DNA of 25,146 nt from a virus (IMGVR_UViG_3300010263_000008:1-25146); one strand, 5' to 3'. Positions 7,646 through 15,578 are shown, counted from the stretch's first letter. The notes: a model not told the origin generated them from the sequence alone. Numbers and translations: made by a program.

Positions 7646-10075
7646 ATGGGAGTTCAAGATATAGCCTCTGTAATTGAAAGAGTATCTGCTGAAAAATCCA
7701 GTAAGAATAATATGAAGACTGAAAAAGTCAGAATCAAGAAGCTCACCAAGAAGCAAACTCAAATACTGGAGTTGGCTAATGCCACTGTGCTTCCAGATAA
7801 CTATAGGATTGTATGGACAGAGTTTGACTTAAATGTGCTTTGCGGACAGCTTTACACCGAGGAGTACATTGCTAATGATACAGAAGCTCTGGGTCTCGAT
7901 ACTTTCAGGGATGAAATAGTAGGTCTTTCAATATGGCTTCCTTCTTTTGATTTGGGTTACTATATTCCTTTAAAACATAAAGACGATATTGGTGACGCTC
8001 CCGCAGAAGGTACTGTGGGGGTTGACTATGTGAAGTGCTTGCCCAAGGATTTGGTTGCAAAGTACCTTAAGCCCTGTTTAGAAAGAAGAGGACTTAAGAT
8101 AATTGGGCATAATTATAAGTTTGACGCTCATGTGCTTTACAACTGGTTAGGTATACGCACTATCGATAATCTTTATTTTGATACGATGGTAGCTTCGGCT
8201 CTTTTGGATGAAAATAAGCCAAAGAACCTGAAAGACCTCTCTGAAATTTATCTGAAAGAACCTGCGGATAGGTTTACTACCCTGTTCGGTAAAGAAACAT
8301 TTGATACCATACCCATACTGCTTAAGGCGGGTCGGCGTGGGTGTCTGGCAGGATATTATGCTATTAAAGATGCTCATATGACTTGGAGACTGTATGAGTT
8401 TTTCAATAAGTATCTTAACATGGACAGGCTTAAGGACATTAAGAAAATAATGTTCGAAATCGAAATGCCTCTTCTACCAATCGTGTGGAGAGCAGAGAAC
8501 AAGGGTATTCGTTTTGACCTTGACTACATGGTAAATGAGGTTGCACCTAAGTTATATGCGGAAGTTGGTATATGTCCGAAGTGCAAAGGATTTTACTCCA
8601 TTAATGGATCTAAGTCAGAAAAAAGCAGGTCAGGAAAATACAAGTCCAAGTTTTATTTTTGTGAGTGTGGGCTTCCTGAAGATTATCAGGATGGTACAGC
8701 ACAAAAGATATGGAGAATAACAGGGGAATTCAATCTTAAATCCAACCCACAGTTGGCTAAGATACTGTTTGAGAAGAGGAAGTTCCCGCAGGTAGATAAA
8801 AAGAAGCCGAATTCTGCAAGTAAAAAGAATCTTCTTAAGATAAAGGCTGAACTGGTTAAGCAAGGCAGGGAAGAAGACGCTCATTTAGTCGATTTGCTCT
8901 GCAATTTCAGGTCTGAATCCAAGTTGGCTGACGCTTTTGCTGACAAGCTCCCTAACAAAGTCATTAAAGGGAGAGTACATACAAACTTCAATACTGTTGG
9001 GGCTAAGACCATGCGTTTTTCAAGCTCCAACCCCAACCTACAGCAAATGCCTGCAAAAACAGGCGGGTTGATCCGTAGAGCATTCATGGCAGACGAGGGC
9101 AGGCTGTTGCTATCTTGTGACTTTAGCGGTCAGGAATTGAGAATACTGGCTCATGTGTCGCAATGCCCTGTATTAATAGATATCTACAAGCATGACGGCG
9201 ATGTACACTCCAAGACTGCCGTAGGTATCTACAACAGAATGTACAACGACAATGTAAGCTATGAGTATTTTCAGTATTGCCGTTCCCTTCAGGATTTGTT
9301 TCTGGACAAGGAAGGAAACATTTCGGACGAAAAGCTGTCTGAGGAACATGTTAGACACCTTTTCGAGGAAGGAAAGATTAATACCCAAGATACAGAAACC
9401 CTCAGAGCAGACGTTACAAAAGGTAAGTTGTTCGAAAAAGTAAGGAAGAACTATGCAAAAGCTCTTAACTTCGGTATTGTGTACGGAATAACAGAGAAGG
9501 GTATTTCAGACAATCTGGGAGTTTCAGAAGACGAGGCCTTAGGGATGATTGATTCCTTCATGAACACCTATCCAGGGGTCAGAAAGTGGATACATGATAC
9601 ACAGAAATTCATACTGAAGAACAAATATGCTCTTTCAATGTGTGGCGGGAAAAGAAGACTTTATGAATTGATAGATTCTGGTCAGAAGTGGAAAATTGGT
9701 TCTGCTTTTAGGCAAGGGGTCAATGCTGTTATTCAACGTAGTGCTGCCGAGATGACCAAACTTGCTTCTATTAAGTTACAGCCTTTACTGGAAGAGCTTG
9801 ATTCAATGATACTGCTGTGGGTGCATGACGAGTTGATCATAGACGTTCCTATGAATATCGGTATGGATAACATCAAGCGAATACAGGAAGTAATGTGCAA
9901 CGCCCTTCCTCTTTGTGTACCAATGAAGTCTGACGCTGAAGTGGGGGATCGGTGGTCTGAAAAGCTTGATGAAGACACCATTGAAAAGCTCAAATACAGA
10001 AGTCAAATGGAAGAAGACGATGAGGGGGAAACAGAGGATGAAGAAGACGACATCACAGAAGAAGACAGTCAGTGA
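7646..10075 (+). CDS. polA: DNA polymerase family A with 3'-5' exonuclease domain
   Basis: Exo I DTEALG, Exo II GHNYKFD, Exo III YAIKDA; RFSSSNPNLQQMP; motif A CDFSGQELRILAH; motif B AKALNFGIVYG; motif C VHDEL; acidic tail. ATG 7646 follows AAAGGAG (the ORF track start at 7595 is also possible). Confidence 0.95.
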   Translation: MGVQDIASVIERVSAEKSSKNNMKTEKVRIKKLTKKQTQILELANATVLPDNYRIVWTEFDLNVLCGQLYTEEYIANDTEALGLDTFRDEIVGLSIWLPSFDLGYYIPLKHKDDIGDAPAEGTVGVDYVKCLPKDLVAKYLKPCLERRGLKIIGHNYKFDAHVLYNWLGIRTIDNLYFDTMVASALLDENKPKNLKDLSEIYLKEPADRFTTLFGKETFDTIPILLKAGRRGCLAGYYAIKDAHMTWRLYEFFNKYLNMDRLKDIKKIMFEIEMPLLPIVWRAENKGIRFDLDYMVNEVAPKLYAEVGICPKCKGFYSINGSKSEKSRSGKYKSKFYFCECGLPEDYQDGTAQKIWRITGEFNLKSNPQLAKILFEKRKFPQVDKKKPNSASKKNLLKIKAELVKQGREEDAHLVDLLCNFRSESKLADAFADKLPNKVIKGRVHTNFNTVGAKTMRFSSSNPNLQQMPAKTGGLIRRAFMADEGRLLLSCDFSGQELRILAHVSQCPVLIDIYKHDGDVHSKTAVGIYNRMYNDNVSYEYFQYCRSLQDLFLDKEGNISDEKLSEEHVRHLFEEGKINTQDTETLRADVTKGKLFEKVRKNYAKALNFGIVYGITEKGISDNLGVSEDEALGMIDSFMNTYPGVRKWIHDTQKFILKNKYALSMCGGKRRLYELIDSGQKWKIGSAFRQGVNAVIQRSAAEMTKLASIKLQPLLEELDSMILLWVHDELIIDVPMNIGMDNIKRIQEVMCNALPLCVPMKSDAEVGDRWSEKLDEDTIEKLKYRSQMEEDDEGETEDEEDDITEEDSQ

Positions 10076-10406
10076 GTATGTCGAGGAGTGCCATAAGAAT
10101 GCAGTGGAAAAGGGATTCTGGGATTTTTACCTTTTTGCTCTTTGCAGACCTATGCCTACAGAACTCCGTAATAGGCTAAACCAGTACGTCATAACGACTT
10201 CGATTATGCTTATCGTCACTGAGCTGTCGGAAGCTGTAGAGGCTTTGCGTAAGGACGATATGAGTAATTTCAAGGAAGAGCTTGCTGACGTAGCCATCAG
10301 ATTGTTTGACCTTGTGGGCGGGTTGGAGATTGATCTTGAAGAAGAGATAAACAAGAAAATGGAAATCAACAAGAATAGAGAAAAAATGCACAACAAACTA
10401 TTTTAA
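10038..10406 (+). CDS. MazG-like nucleotide pyrophosphohydrolase
   Basis: VTELSEAVEALRK...FKEELADVAIRLFDL...KKMEINKNR all-alpha NTP-PPase pattern; start uncertain (10020 or 10038). Confidence 0.8.
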   Translation: MKKTTSQKKTVSEYVEECHKNAVEKGFWDFYLFALCRPMPTELRNRLNQYVITTSIMLIVTELSEAVEALRKDDMSNFKEELADVAIRLFDLVGGLEIDLEEEINKKMEINKNREKMHNKLF

Positions 10407-10418
10407 GGAGAATCTGCA

Positions 10419-11276
10419 ATGGGATTGGAGAAACTGGCTAAGACAATTAAATCTGAACTCAAAAAACAGGAAGAAACTCTTGCTGAAAGGTTTATAAACG
10501 AACTGGATTCCTATTTGATACGTAGCAGGGCAGAGGAGTACAAGAAGCAGGAAGAAAAAGTCGGTGTGTACATAAGACCCTCTTCATACTACAAATGTAT
10601 GCGTCAACTGTGGTACAAGATGAAATCCTTCCCTTGCAAGGAAAACAATACAGCAAAGGGCATACGGACTCTGGAGATTGGTACTTCACTACATGAGTGG
10701 GTTCAGAGAGATATCTTTATGAAGCCCGATACACCTTTCCCTTATGTACCTGTAAAGGAACTTCCTTTCTTAAATCGGGAAGGTGTTGAACTCTTCACAG
10801 AAAAACAGAACAAGTTTGAAAACCGCCCCGAAATGGAGATAGGGTGGATAGATAAACGTTTTACTCCCAATCACCCCCTTTATTGCATTGTGGACGGGGT
10901 GCTGAATCCAGAAAGCAGATACTTTCTCTTTGAGTTTAAGACCATTAACCCTGATGATTTTAAATATCTCTATGAGCCTTTAGACGAGCATAAAAAACAG
11001 GGAGCATTGTACTCACTCAGTTCGAGCATTGACAATATGCTTTTCCTCTATCTAAACAAGGCTACGTCAGAATGGAAATCCTTTGAATTTTACGTCACTG
11101 AAGCTCAAAAAGAGTGGGCACACAATCGGGTGGTTACTTTAGACACCTGCTTGGTTAACCATGTACTCCCTCCCAAAGAGGTATTTGAAATGCCCAAGTA
11201 CGGGAAGGGTGTTACTAATTGCAGGTTCTGTCCATATAAAGAATTCTGTGAAAAGGATGTGAGTGAGTGTGCTTGA
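10419..11276 (+). CDS. Cas4-like PD-(D/E)xK exonuclease with Fe-S cysteines
   Basis: RPSSYYKCMRQ, GTSLHEWVQ, VDG...FEFKT, Q...Y, C-terminal CRFCPYKEFC. Confidence 0.85.
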   Translation: MGLEKLAKTIKSELKKQEETLAERFINELDSYLIRSRAEEYKKQEEKVGVYIRPSSYYKCMRQLWYKMKSFPCKENNTAKGIRTLEIGTSLHEWVQRDIFMKPDTPFPYVPVKELPFLNREGVELFTEKQNKFENRPEMEIGWIDKRFTPNHPLYCIVDGVLNPESRYFLFEFKTINPDDFKYLYEPLDEHKKQGALYSLSSSIDNMLFLYLNKATSEWKSFEFYVTEAQKEWAHNRVVTLDTCLVNHVLPPKEVFEMPKYGKGVTNCRFCPYKEFCEKDVSECA

Positions 11277-11631
11277 TTCAGGAGAAAGAATGTCTTTTGG
11301 TGAAGGAAAGGCTATGAGGGAGCCTTCTACGGGCAAAGGTAGATTTGACCTTATATCTCCTTTTGCATTGGAACGACTGGCCAAGTGGTTAGAGGCGGGG
11401 GCTACTAAATATGCAGACCGTAATTGGGAGAAAGGCGGTATTCCGTTTTCAAGGTATGTGGATTCAGCCATACGCCATATGAACAAGTTTCTTATGGGTC
11501 TGGAGGACGAAGACCACCTAGCAGGAGTTATGTTCAATGTCATGGCTATGATGCACTTCCAAGGACTACAGAAGCTTGAAGACGATAATTTACCACACTA
11601 CTTGAAGGGGAAGAAAGATGAAACCGTTTAA
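11263..11631 (+). CDS. dATP/dGTP diphosphohydrolase-like protein (DUF5664 type)
   Basis: GKGRFDLISP...GATKYADRNWEKG...SAIRH...EDHLA signature. Confidence 0.8.
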   Translation: MSVLDSGERMSFGEGKAMREPSTGKGRFDLISPFALERLAKWLEAGATKYADRNWEKGGIPFSRYVDSAIRHMNKFLMGLEDEDHLAGVMFNVMAMMHFQGLQKLEDDNLPHYLKGKKDETV

Positions 11632-12049
11632 GATTTATCTTGCAGGAAAAATGTCAGGACTTACTTTTGAAGAAATGAATGGGTGGCGGGCAGAGGCTAC
11701 ACGGCTGCTCAATGAGGTTTTAGGAAGTGACATTAAGGTTATCAACCCTTGCCTCTATTACAACTTCGATATGGACTCCTCTACTTACACAGAGAAAGAA
11801 GTAAGGGATTTCGACTTATACCAAGTAAAGACCAGTAATGTAATTCTTGTGAACCTCAACTTCTCCGACAGCGTAGGTACAGCTATTGAGCTACACATGG
11901 CAGGTAACGAGTGGGATGTGCCTGTGGTTGCTTTCCGAAGTAAGTCTAGGAAGTCACACCCGTGGATAGACCTAAGTGTTACAAAGATGTGTGAATCGTT
12001 GAAAGAAGCGGTTCAGTACATAAAAGATTTTTATTATAGTGCGTGGTGA
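11618..12049 (+). CDS. Nucleoside 2-deoxyribosyltransferase-like protein
   Basis: KIYLAGKM...GWR...INP...D...SVGTAIEL...PVV...HPW. Confidence 0.8.
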   Translation: MKPFKIYLAGKMSGLTFEEMNGWRAEATRLLNEVLGSDIKVINPCLYYNFDMDSSTYTEKEVRDFDLYQVKTSNVILVNLNFSDSVGTAIELHMAGNEWDVPVVAFRSKSRKSHPWIDLSVTKMCESLKEAVQYIKDFYYSAW

Positions 12050-12053
12050 TTTT

Positions 12054-12206
12054 ATGGCAACGGAAAAGCAAGTCAATTACTACAAAGCTTTATGTGAATT
12101 GTTAGGGCAAGAACCTGACGAAAATTTTGAAAACCTTAGTGTGGCTGAAGCCAGTGACGCTATATCAGAGTTAAAGGGTATGTTATGTCATTTAGAAAGG
12201 GGGTAA
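12054..12206 (+). CDS. Small hypothetical protein (50 aa, not in the ORF track)
   Basis: MATEKQVNYYKALCELLGQEPDENFENLSVAEASDAISELKGMLCHLERG; GGTGA RBS overlapping the previous stop. Confidence 0.7.
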   Translation: MATEKQVNYYKALCELLGQEPDENFENLSVAEASDAISELKGMLCHLERG

Positions 12207-12219
12207 ACAACAGTTAACA

Positions 12220-12259
12220 AAAAGTTATAAAATTTATAACTTTTATAAGTTTCTTATAA
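12220..12259. repeat. AT-rich perfect palindrome with four TTATAA hexamers at the left junction of the foreign insert
   Basis: AAAAGTTATAAA-A-TTTATAACTTTT (12220-12244); TTATAA at 12225, 12234, 12243 and 12254. Confidence 0.7.
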
Positions 12260-12459
12260 CGGAAGTTGAAGCCTATCTCATTGCGCTGGGGGCAGAGGAA
12301 AGATTTGTAATTGAACAATTTTACTTTGAAAAATTGACTTGGTGGGTAGTATCTGAACGGTACAGGAAGGAATTTGGCGCCCACATAAGTAAGAGAAATC
12401 TATTCTACAAGAGGCGAAATGCAATACAAAAGATGGAGAAAATATTATGCCCGGCTTAG
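12256..12459 (+). pseudogene. 5'-truncated ArpU/RinA-like (sigma region-4-like) transcriptional activator remnant
   Basis: Frame reads ITEVEAYLIALGAEERFVIEQFYFEKLTWWVVSERYRKEFGAHISKRNLFYKRRNAIQKMEKILCPA*; no ATG/GTG/TTG start between the in-frame stop at 12193 and the start of this segment. Confidence 0.65.
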
Positions 12460-12467
12460 TGCCGGGC
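12449..12467. terminator. GC-rich hairpin between convergent units
   Basis: GCCCGGC-TTAGT-GCCGGGC. Confidence 0.55.
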
Positions 12468-12512
12468 TATGTGTTACATGTATTCTTGTGATTGGATCCT
12501 TTCGGGTGTGTA

Positions 12513-12950
12513 TCAGTAAGTTTTCTTCGGTCTACCTCCCTTTTTTCCGTTTTCCCTTGCTGTTTGGGCTTTGCGTTCGGACTTCACAGATCCGCCTTTT
12601 TTGCCAAGAGTTGCGGCTGCTTCTGATGTCAGATTCCCTTTACCGTAATTTCGTCCCGCTATATATACTACAGAACTATCAGGAGCGATTATCTTTTTAA
12701 TTATTTCGAGTTCAAGCAGTTTTTGGATGATGTCATTATATTCTGCCCTCAACATTTCTTCAACGGTCCCGGGATATATGCCATTGTCCAATTTGACTAT
12801 TAATTTGTACGAGTATATTAATTCTGCATCGGCCGTAAATTCGTCGTGGATTAATTCATGTTCAAGGTAAGCATAATCGTCAAGATTAATAAGATAATAG
12901 ATCTTTTTAATGTCGTTGATACTTCCCAATTTGATTTCCAGTGTTTTCAT
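12513..12950 (-). CDS. Hypothetical protein with a basic KGG/GRP (AT-hook-like) C-terminal tail; candidate DNA-binding autoregulator
   Basis: Tail TSEAAATLGKKGGSVKSERKAQTARENGKKGGRPKK; start at MKTLEI after a GGAGGG RBS. Confidence 0.75.
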   Translation of the reverse strand: MKTLEIKLGSINDIKKIYYLINLDDYAYLEHELIHDEFTADAELIYSYKLIVKLDNGIYPGTVEEMLRAEYNDIIQKLLELEIIKKIIAPDSSVVYIAGRNYGKGNLTSEAAATLGKKGGSVKSERKAQTARENGKKGGRPKKTY

Positions 12951-12975
12951 ATTATTCCCTCCAATCTCCCCGTGA

Positions 12976-13266
12976 TTAGTTATTACCAAAGTACTGATCT
13001 ACATATTTCTTGAGTTCAGGCTTGCTTGCTGTCTTCGTGAAGTAATTGACCATGTCTCTATATGTGCCGGTTGTAACCTTGGTTGCATCCCTGAAATTAA
13101 TAATATCGGCTGCAGAATCACAGTTATCCAAAAACCAATCCATGAAACCAACGACCTTGTATTGCTTTTCAGCATGTTTCTTAATGAAATCCAAACAGTC
13201 GGCAATAGCTGTTCTGATTGTTTCTGCCCATGCGATCTGTTTTTCTGAACCTGATAAATTAATCAT
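12976..13266 (-). CDS. Small phage accessory protein (LSGSEKQIAWAETIR motif)
   Basis: ORF with a strong GGGAGGA RBS inside the repeated leader; starts MINL. Confidence 0.8.
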   Translation of the reverse strand: MINLSGSEKQIAWAETIRTAIADCLDFIKKHAEKQYKVVGFMDWFLDNCDSAADIINFRDATKVTTGTYRDMVNYFTKTASKPELKKYVDQYFGNN

Positions 13267-13305
13267 TTTTATTCCTCCCATCGTGCGGAGCCTTGTTGCT
13301 CCTAA
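13255..13305 (-). repeat. 51-bp direct repeat copy A (leader hairpin + RBS + first codons)
   Basis: Minus strand TTAGGAGCAACAAGGCTCCGCACGATGGGAGGAATAAAAATGATTAATTTA; one mismatch versus 13719-13769. Confidence 0.95.
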
Positions 13306-13322
13306 CCACAGTGTCTTATTAA

Positions 13323-13730
13323 TTACTTGTTTATTAATTCTGCGGCGGCATCTCTTATTCTTAATGCCCAGTCATGCTTTTGTGTAACGGTCTCGATTCC
13401 CGTTTTTTCGAGGCCGTTTTCTGTAACAATATAAATTCTTGCTTCGATGTCTTTATTTTTGTCAGATCCTGTTTCTTCGTATCCGAGGACGTAAGTGCCT
13501 ACGGGTAGTTCTATAAGTTCGTTTGCTTTAATAAATTCGCCTACAAATGCATATCCGTTGCTCTTGGTTATATCCACATGTGTTACCGTTTTAGCCCAGC
13601 ATTTATGTCTCTTGGATAGTTCTATTGTAACCTTTACTTTTTGGGTAGACGTACGACTATTAAGTACCTTTGTTGCTTCTGCGATTAAATTCCTAAGATC
13701 CTCGTTGCTCATTTCCGTTAAATTAATCAT
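13323..13730 (-). CDS. Small phage accessory protein
   Basis: ORF starting MINL with the same leader; contains KCWAKTVTHVDITKSNGYAFVGEF; function not recognised. Confidence 0.8.
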   Translation of the reverse strand: MINLTEMSNEDLRNLIAEATKVLNSRTSTQKVKVTIELSKRHKCWAKTVTHVDITKSNGYAFVGEFIKANELIELPVGTYVLGYEETGSDKNKDIEARIYIVTENGLEKTGIETVTQKHDWALRIRDAAAELINK

Positions 13731-13769
13731 TTTAATTCCTCCCATCGTGCGGAGCCTTGTTGCTCCTAA
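13719..13769 (-). repeat. 51-bp direct repeat copy B
   Basis: Matches 13255-13305 at 50 of 51 positions. Confidence 0.95.
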
Positions 13770-13779
13770 TTACAGTTAT

Positions 13780-13808
13780 ATCATAAACCCAACCGCTTGG
13801 GTTTACAA
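13780..13808 (-). promoter_or_regulatory. Leftward sigmaA promoter with a palindromic operator in the spacer
   Basis: Minus strand TTGTAA-N17-TATGAT; perfect inverted repeat TAAACCCAA-GCGG-TTGGGTTTA spans the spacer. Confidence 0.8.
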
Positions 13809-13866
13809 GTAGTAAATAGTAACAAAGATAAATAAAGTTTTTAGTGCAAATTGTATAAATAACATT

Positions 13867-13922
13867 TTGCACCAAAATTGCGCCTATATTGCACACATTT
13901 TGTATTTTGCTTAACTTATAAT
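13867..13922 (+). promoter_or_regulatory. 11-bp phased TTG(C/T)(A/G)(C/T) repeats followed by TATAAT; activator-dependent-like promoter
   Basis: TTGCAC 13867, TTGCGC 13878, TTGCAC 13889, TTGTAT 13900; TATAAT at 13917 with no canonical -35 at 17 bp. Confidence 0.5.
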
Positions 13923-13933
13923 AACAACATATA

Positions 13934-13958
13934 GAGCTGTCCGGAAGGGCGGTTTTTT
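13934..13958 (+). terminator. Rho-independent terminator
   Basis: GCTGTCC-GGAA-GGGCGGT followed by a T-tract. Confidence 0.6.
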
Positions 13959-14032
13959 GGTGTGTCGAAAGGCGGGGAAAAACACTCAATCATGTGCTAT
14001 GTGGGTAGCCCCAGTAGCATAAAATTTCCATT

Positions 14033-14087
14033 TTAACCCTAACAGCCCCATACACGCATAGATACGTAGATGCGGAAAGGGGCTGTT
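14033..14087 (+). promoter_or_regulatory. Putative phage-sigma promoter, copy 3, inside an RBS-masking hairpin
   Basis: TTAAC(14033)-N17-CGCATA(14055)-GATACGTAGA; AACAGCCCC(14041-49) pairs with GGGGCTGTT(14079-87). Confidence 0.7.
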
Positions 14088-14091
14088 TTCT

Positions 14092-14778
14092 ATGGAGTTT
14101 GACAGGATATACTTGGAAGATTGTTTAGAGGGACTAAAGAAGATTCCTGACAAGAGCATTGACCTTATTGTAACTGACCCTCCCTATGAGATAGAAACAA
14201 CGGGGGCAGGTCTTTATAAGCAAACAGACAAGCAGTACATAAAAGAACTGAACTCAATGAAGGACGGATTTTCAAAAGAAATACTTGACGAGCTTTGCAG
14301 GGTACTTAAGAAAATCAATGTTTATTTCTTCTGTAGCCAAAAGCAGATTATCCCGCTCCTTGACTACTTTGTGAAGGGGAAGAAGTGCAATTATAACATC
14401 ATTAGTTGGCACAAAACAAATCCTATTCCTGCTTGCGGGAACAAATATCTTACTGATACTGAATTTATACTTTTCTTTAGAGAGCGGGGTGTAAAAATTT
14501 ATGGGGAGTTCCATACGAAATTTACTTACTATCTTACTCCCTTAAATCAGAAGGATAAAAAATTATACGGACACCCCACTGTCAAGCCTCTTAATATAGT
14601 GAGGAATTTTATTATTAATTCCAGTTTACCGGGAGATATAGTTCTTGATCCTTTCATGGGAAGTGGTACAACGGCTGTCGCCTGTTTGGAAACAGGCCGC
14701 CACTTTATTGGCTTTGAAACAAATGAAGACTATTACAACATAGCACTTTCGAGAATCAATGAAGTAAAAGTTTTATAA
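14092..14778 (+). CDS. N4-cytosine/N6-adenine DNA methyltransferase, beta class
   Basis: DLIVTDPPY N-terminal; HPTVKP; VLDPFMGSGTTAVA C-terminal. Confidence 0.92.
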   Translation: MEFDRIYLEDCLEGLKKIPDKSIDLIVTDPPYEIETTGAGLYKQTDKQYIKELNSMKDGFSKEILDELCRVLKKINVYFFCSQKQIIPLLDYFVKGKKCNYNIISWHKTNPIPACGNKYLTDTEFILFFRERGVKIYGEFHTKFTYYLTPLNQKDKKLYGHPTVKPLNIVRNFIINSSLPGDIVLDPFMGSGTTAVACLETGRHFIGFETNEDYYNIALSRINEVKVL

Positions 14779-14852
14779 TATTTCCATTTAACCGTAAACC
14801 CCTCCAAAACGCAGAGATGAATAGAAGAAATCATGCGTTGAGAGGGGTTTTA
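14775..14852 (+). repeat. 78-bp direct repeat copy 1 (contains promoter motif copy 4, hairpin and RBS)
   Basis: Identical to 15497-15575 except for one inserted G; TTAAC(14788)-N17-CGCAGA(14810)-GATGAATAGA. Confidence 0.95.
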
Positions 14853-14860
14853 ATTTATAA

Positions 14861-15496
14861 ATGACTGTTTATACATCGGTATCATACAATCAAACAGAAA
14901 TAATTAATTCTATTCTCCAATTACATGTGCCTAATCATATTATTGATTGCGATATTACATACTCGGTGGGGAATTTTTATAAGAACACAGGGGTCCCTGA
15001 ACCTGCTCTAAAGTTTGATATAAACCCACGGACTCAAGACACTATACAAGCTGATGCAAGAAATCTTCCTCTGGAATCAGAGTCAATGGGTTGTATTATG
15101 TTTGATCCGCCTTTTCTTGCAACTACAGGGAAGTCGCTGACTGAGGATAACGACAGTAATAAGATTAACAAGAGGTTTGGGGTGTTTCCTTCAGAACAGG
15201 CATTACACCAGTTCTATGTTGATGTCTTGAAAGAAACCTACAGGGTATTGAAACCCAAAGGGATTCTGATATTTAAGTGTCAAGATAAGGTGAGTAGCGG
15301 GAAGCAGTATATGAGCCATTGCTTTATATGGCAAGAGGCTATTAAAGTAGGCTATTACCCTAAAGACTTATTCATTCTGCTTGCCAGGAATCGGATCGTG
15401 GCAGACTGGCAGGCGAAGAATCAAAAGAACGCCCGTAAGTACCACAGTTACTTTTGGGTTTTCGAAAAGGATTCCAAGGTAATCAGATATGTTTGA
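14861..15496 (+). CDS. Phage amino DNA methyltransferase
   Basis: DCDITYSVGNFY (SAM-binding-like), ADARNLPL, MFDPPF, RVLKPKGILIFKCQD. Confidence 0.8.
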   Translation: MTVYTSVSYNQTEIINSILQLHVPNHIIDCDITYSVGNFYKNTGVPEPALKFDINPRTQDTIQADARNLPLESESMGCIMFDPPFLATTGKSLTEDNDSNKINKRFGVFPSEQALHQFYVDVLKETYRVLKPKGILIFKCQDKVSSGKQYMSHCFIWQEAIKVGYYPKDLFILLARNRIVADWQAKNQKNARKYHSYFWVFEKDSKVIRYV

Positions 15497-15575
15497 ATAA
15501 TATTTCCAGTTTAACCGTAAACCCCTCCAAAACGCAGAGATGAATAGAAGAAATCATGCGTTGAGAGGGGTTTTA
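15497..15575 (+). repeat. 79-bp direct repeat copy 2 (contains promoter motif copy 5, hairpin and RBS)
   Basis: TTAAC(15511)-N17-CGCAGA(15533); GAGGGG RBS 8 nt before TTG 15579. Confidence 0.95.
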
Positions 15576-15578
15576 CGA

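Noticed and set aside
8573-8668. Mini-intein in PolA
   Set aside because: No block A/B motifs or terminal HN-C/S/T junction.
10419-11276. Cas4-like gene as part of a CRISPR-Cas system
   Set aside because: No cas1/cas2 or repeat-spacer array seen; standalone Cas4-like exonucleases are common in phage replication modules.
7646-12049. Diaminopurine (Z) genome pathway
   Set aside because: PolA and dNTP hydrolase-like genes are present, but no PurZ-like synthetase is visible in the window.
13255-13769. 51-bp repeats as a CRISPR mini-array or RNA anti-CRISPR
   Set aside because: They are separated by a full gene, include RBS and start codons, and lack recognisable CRISPR repeat termini.
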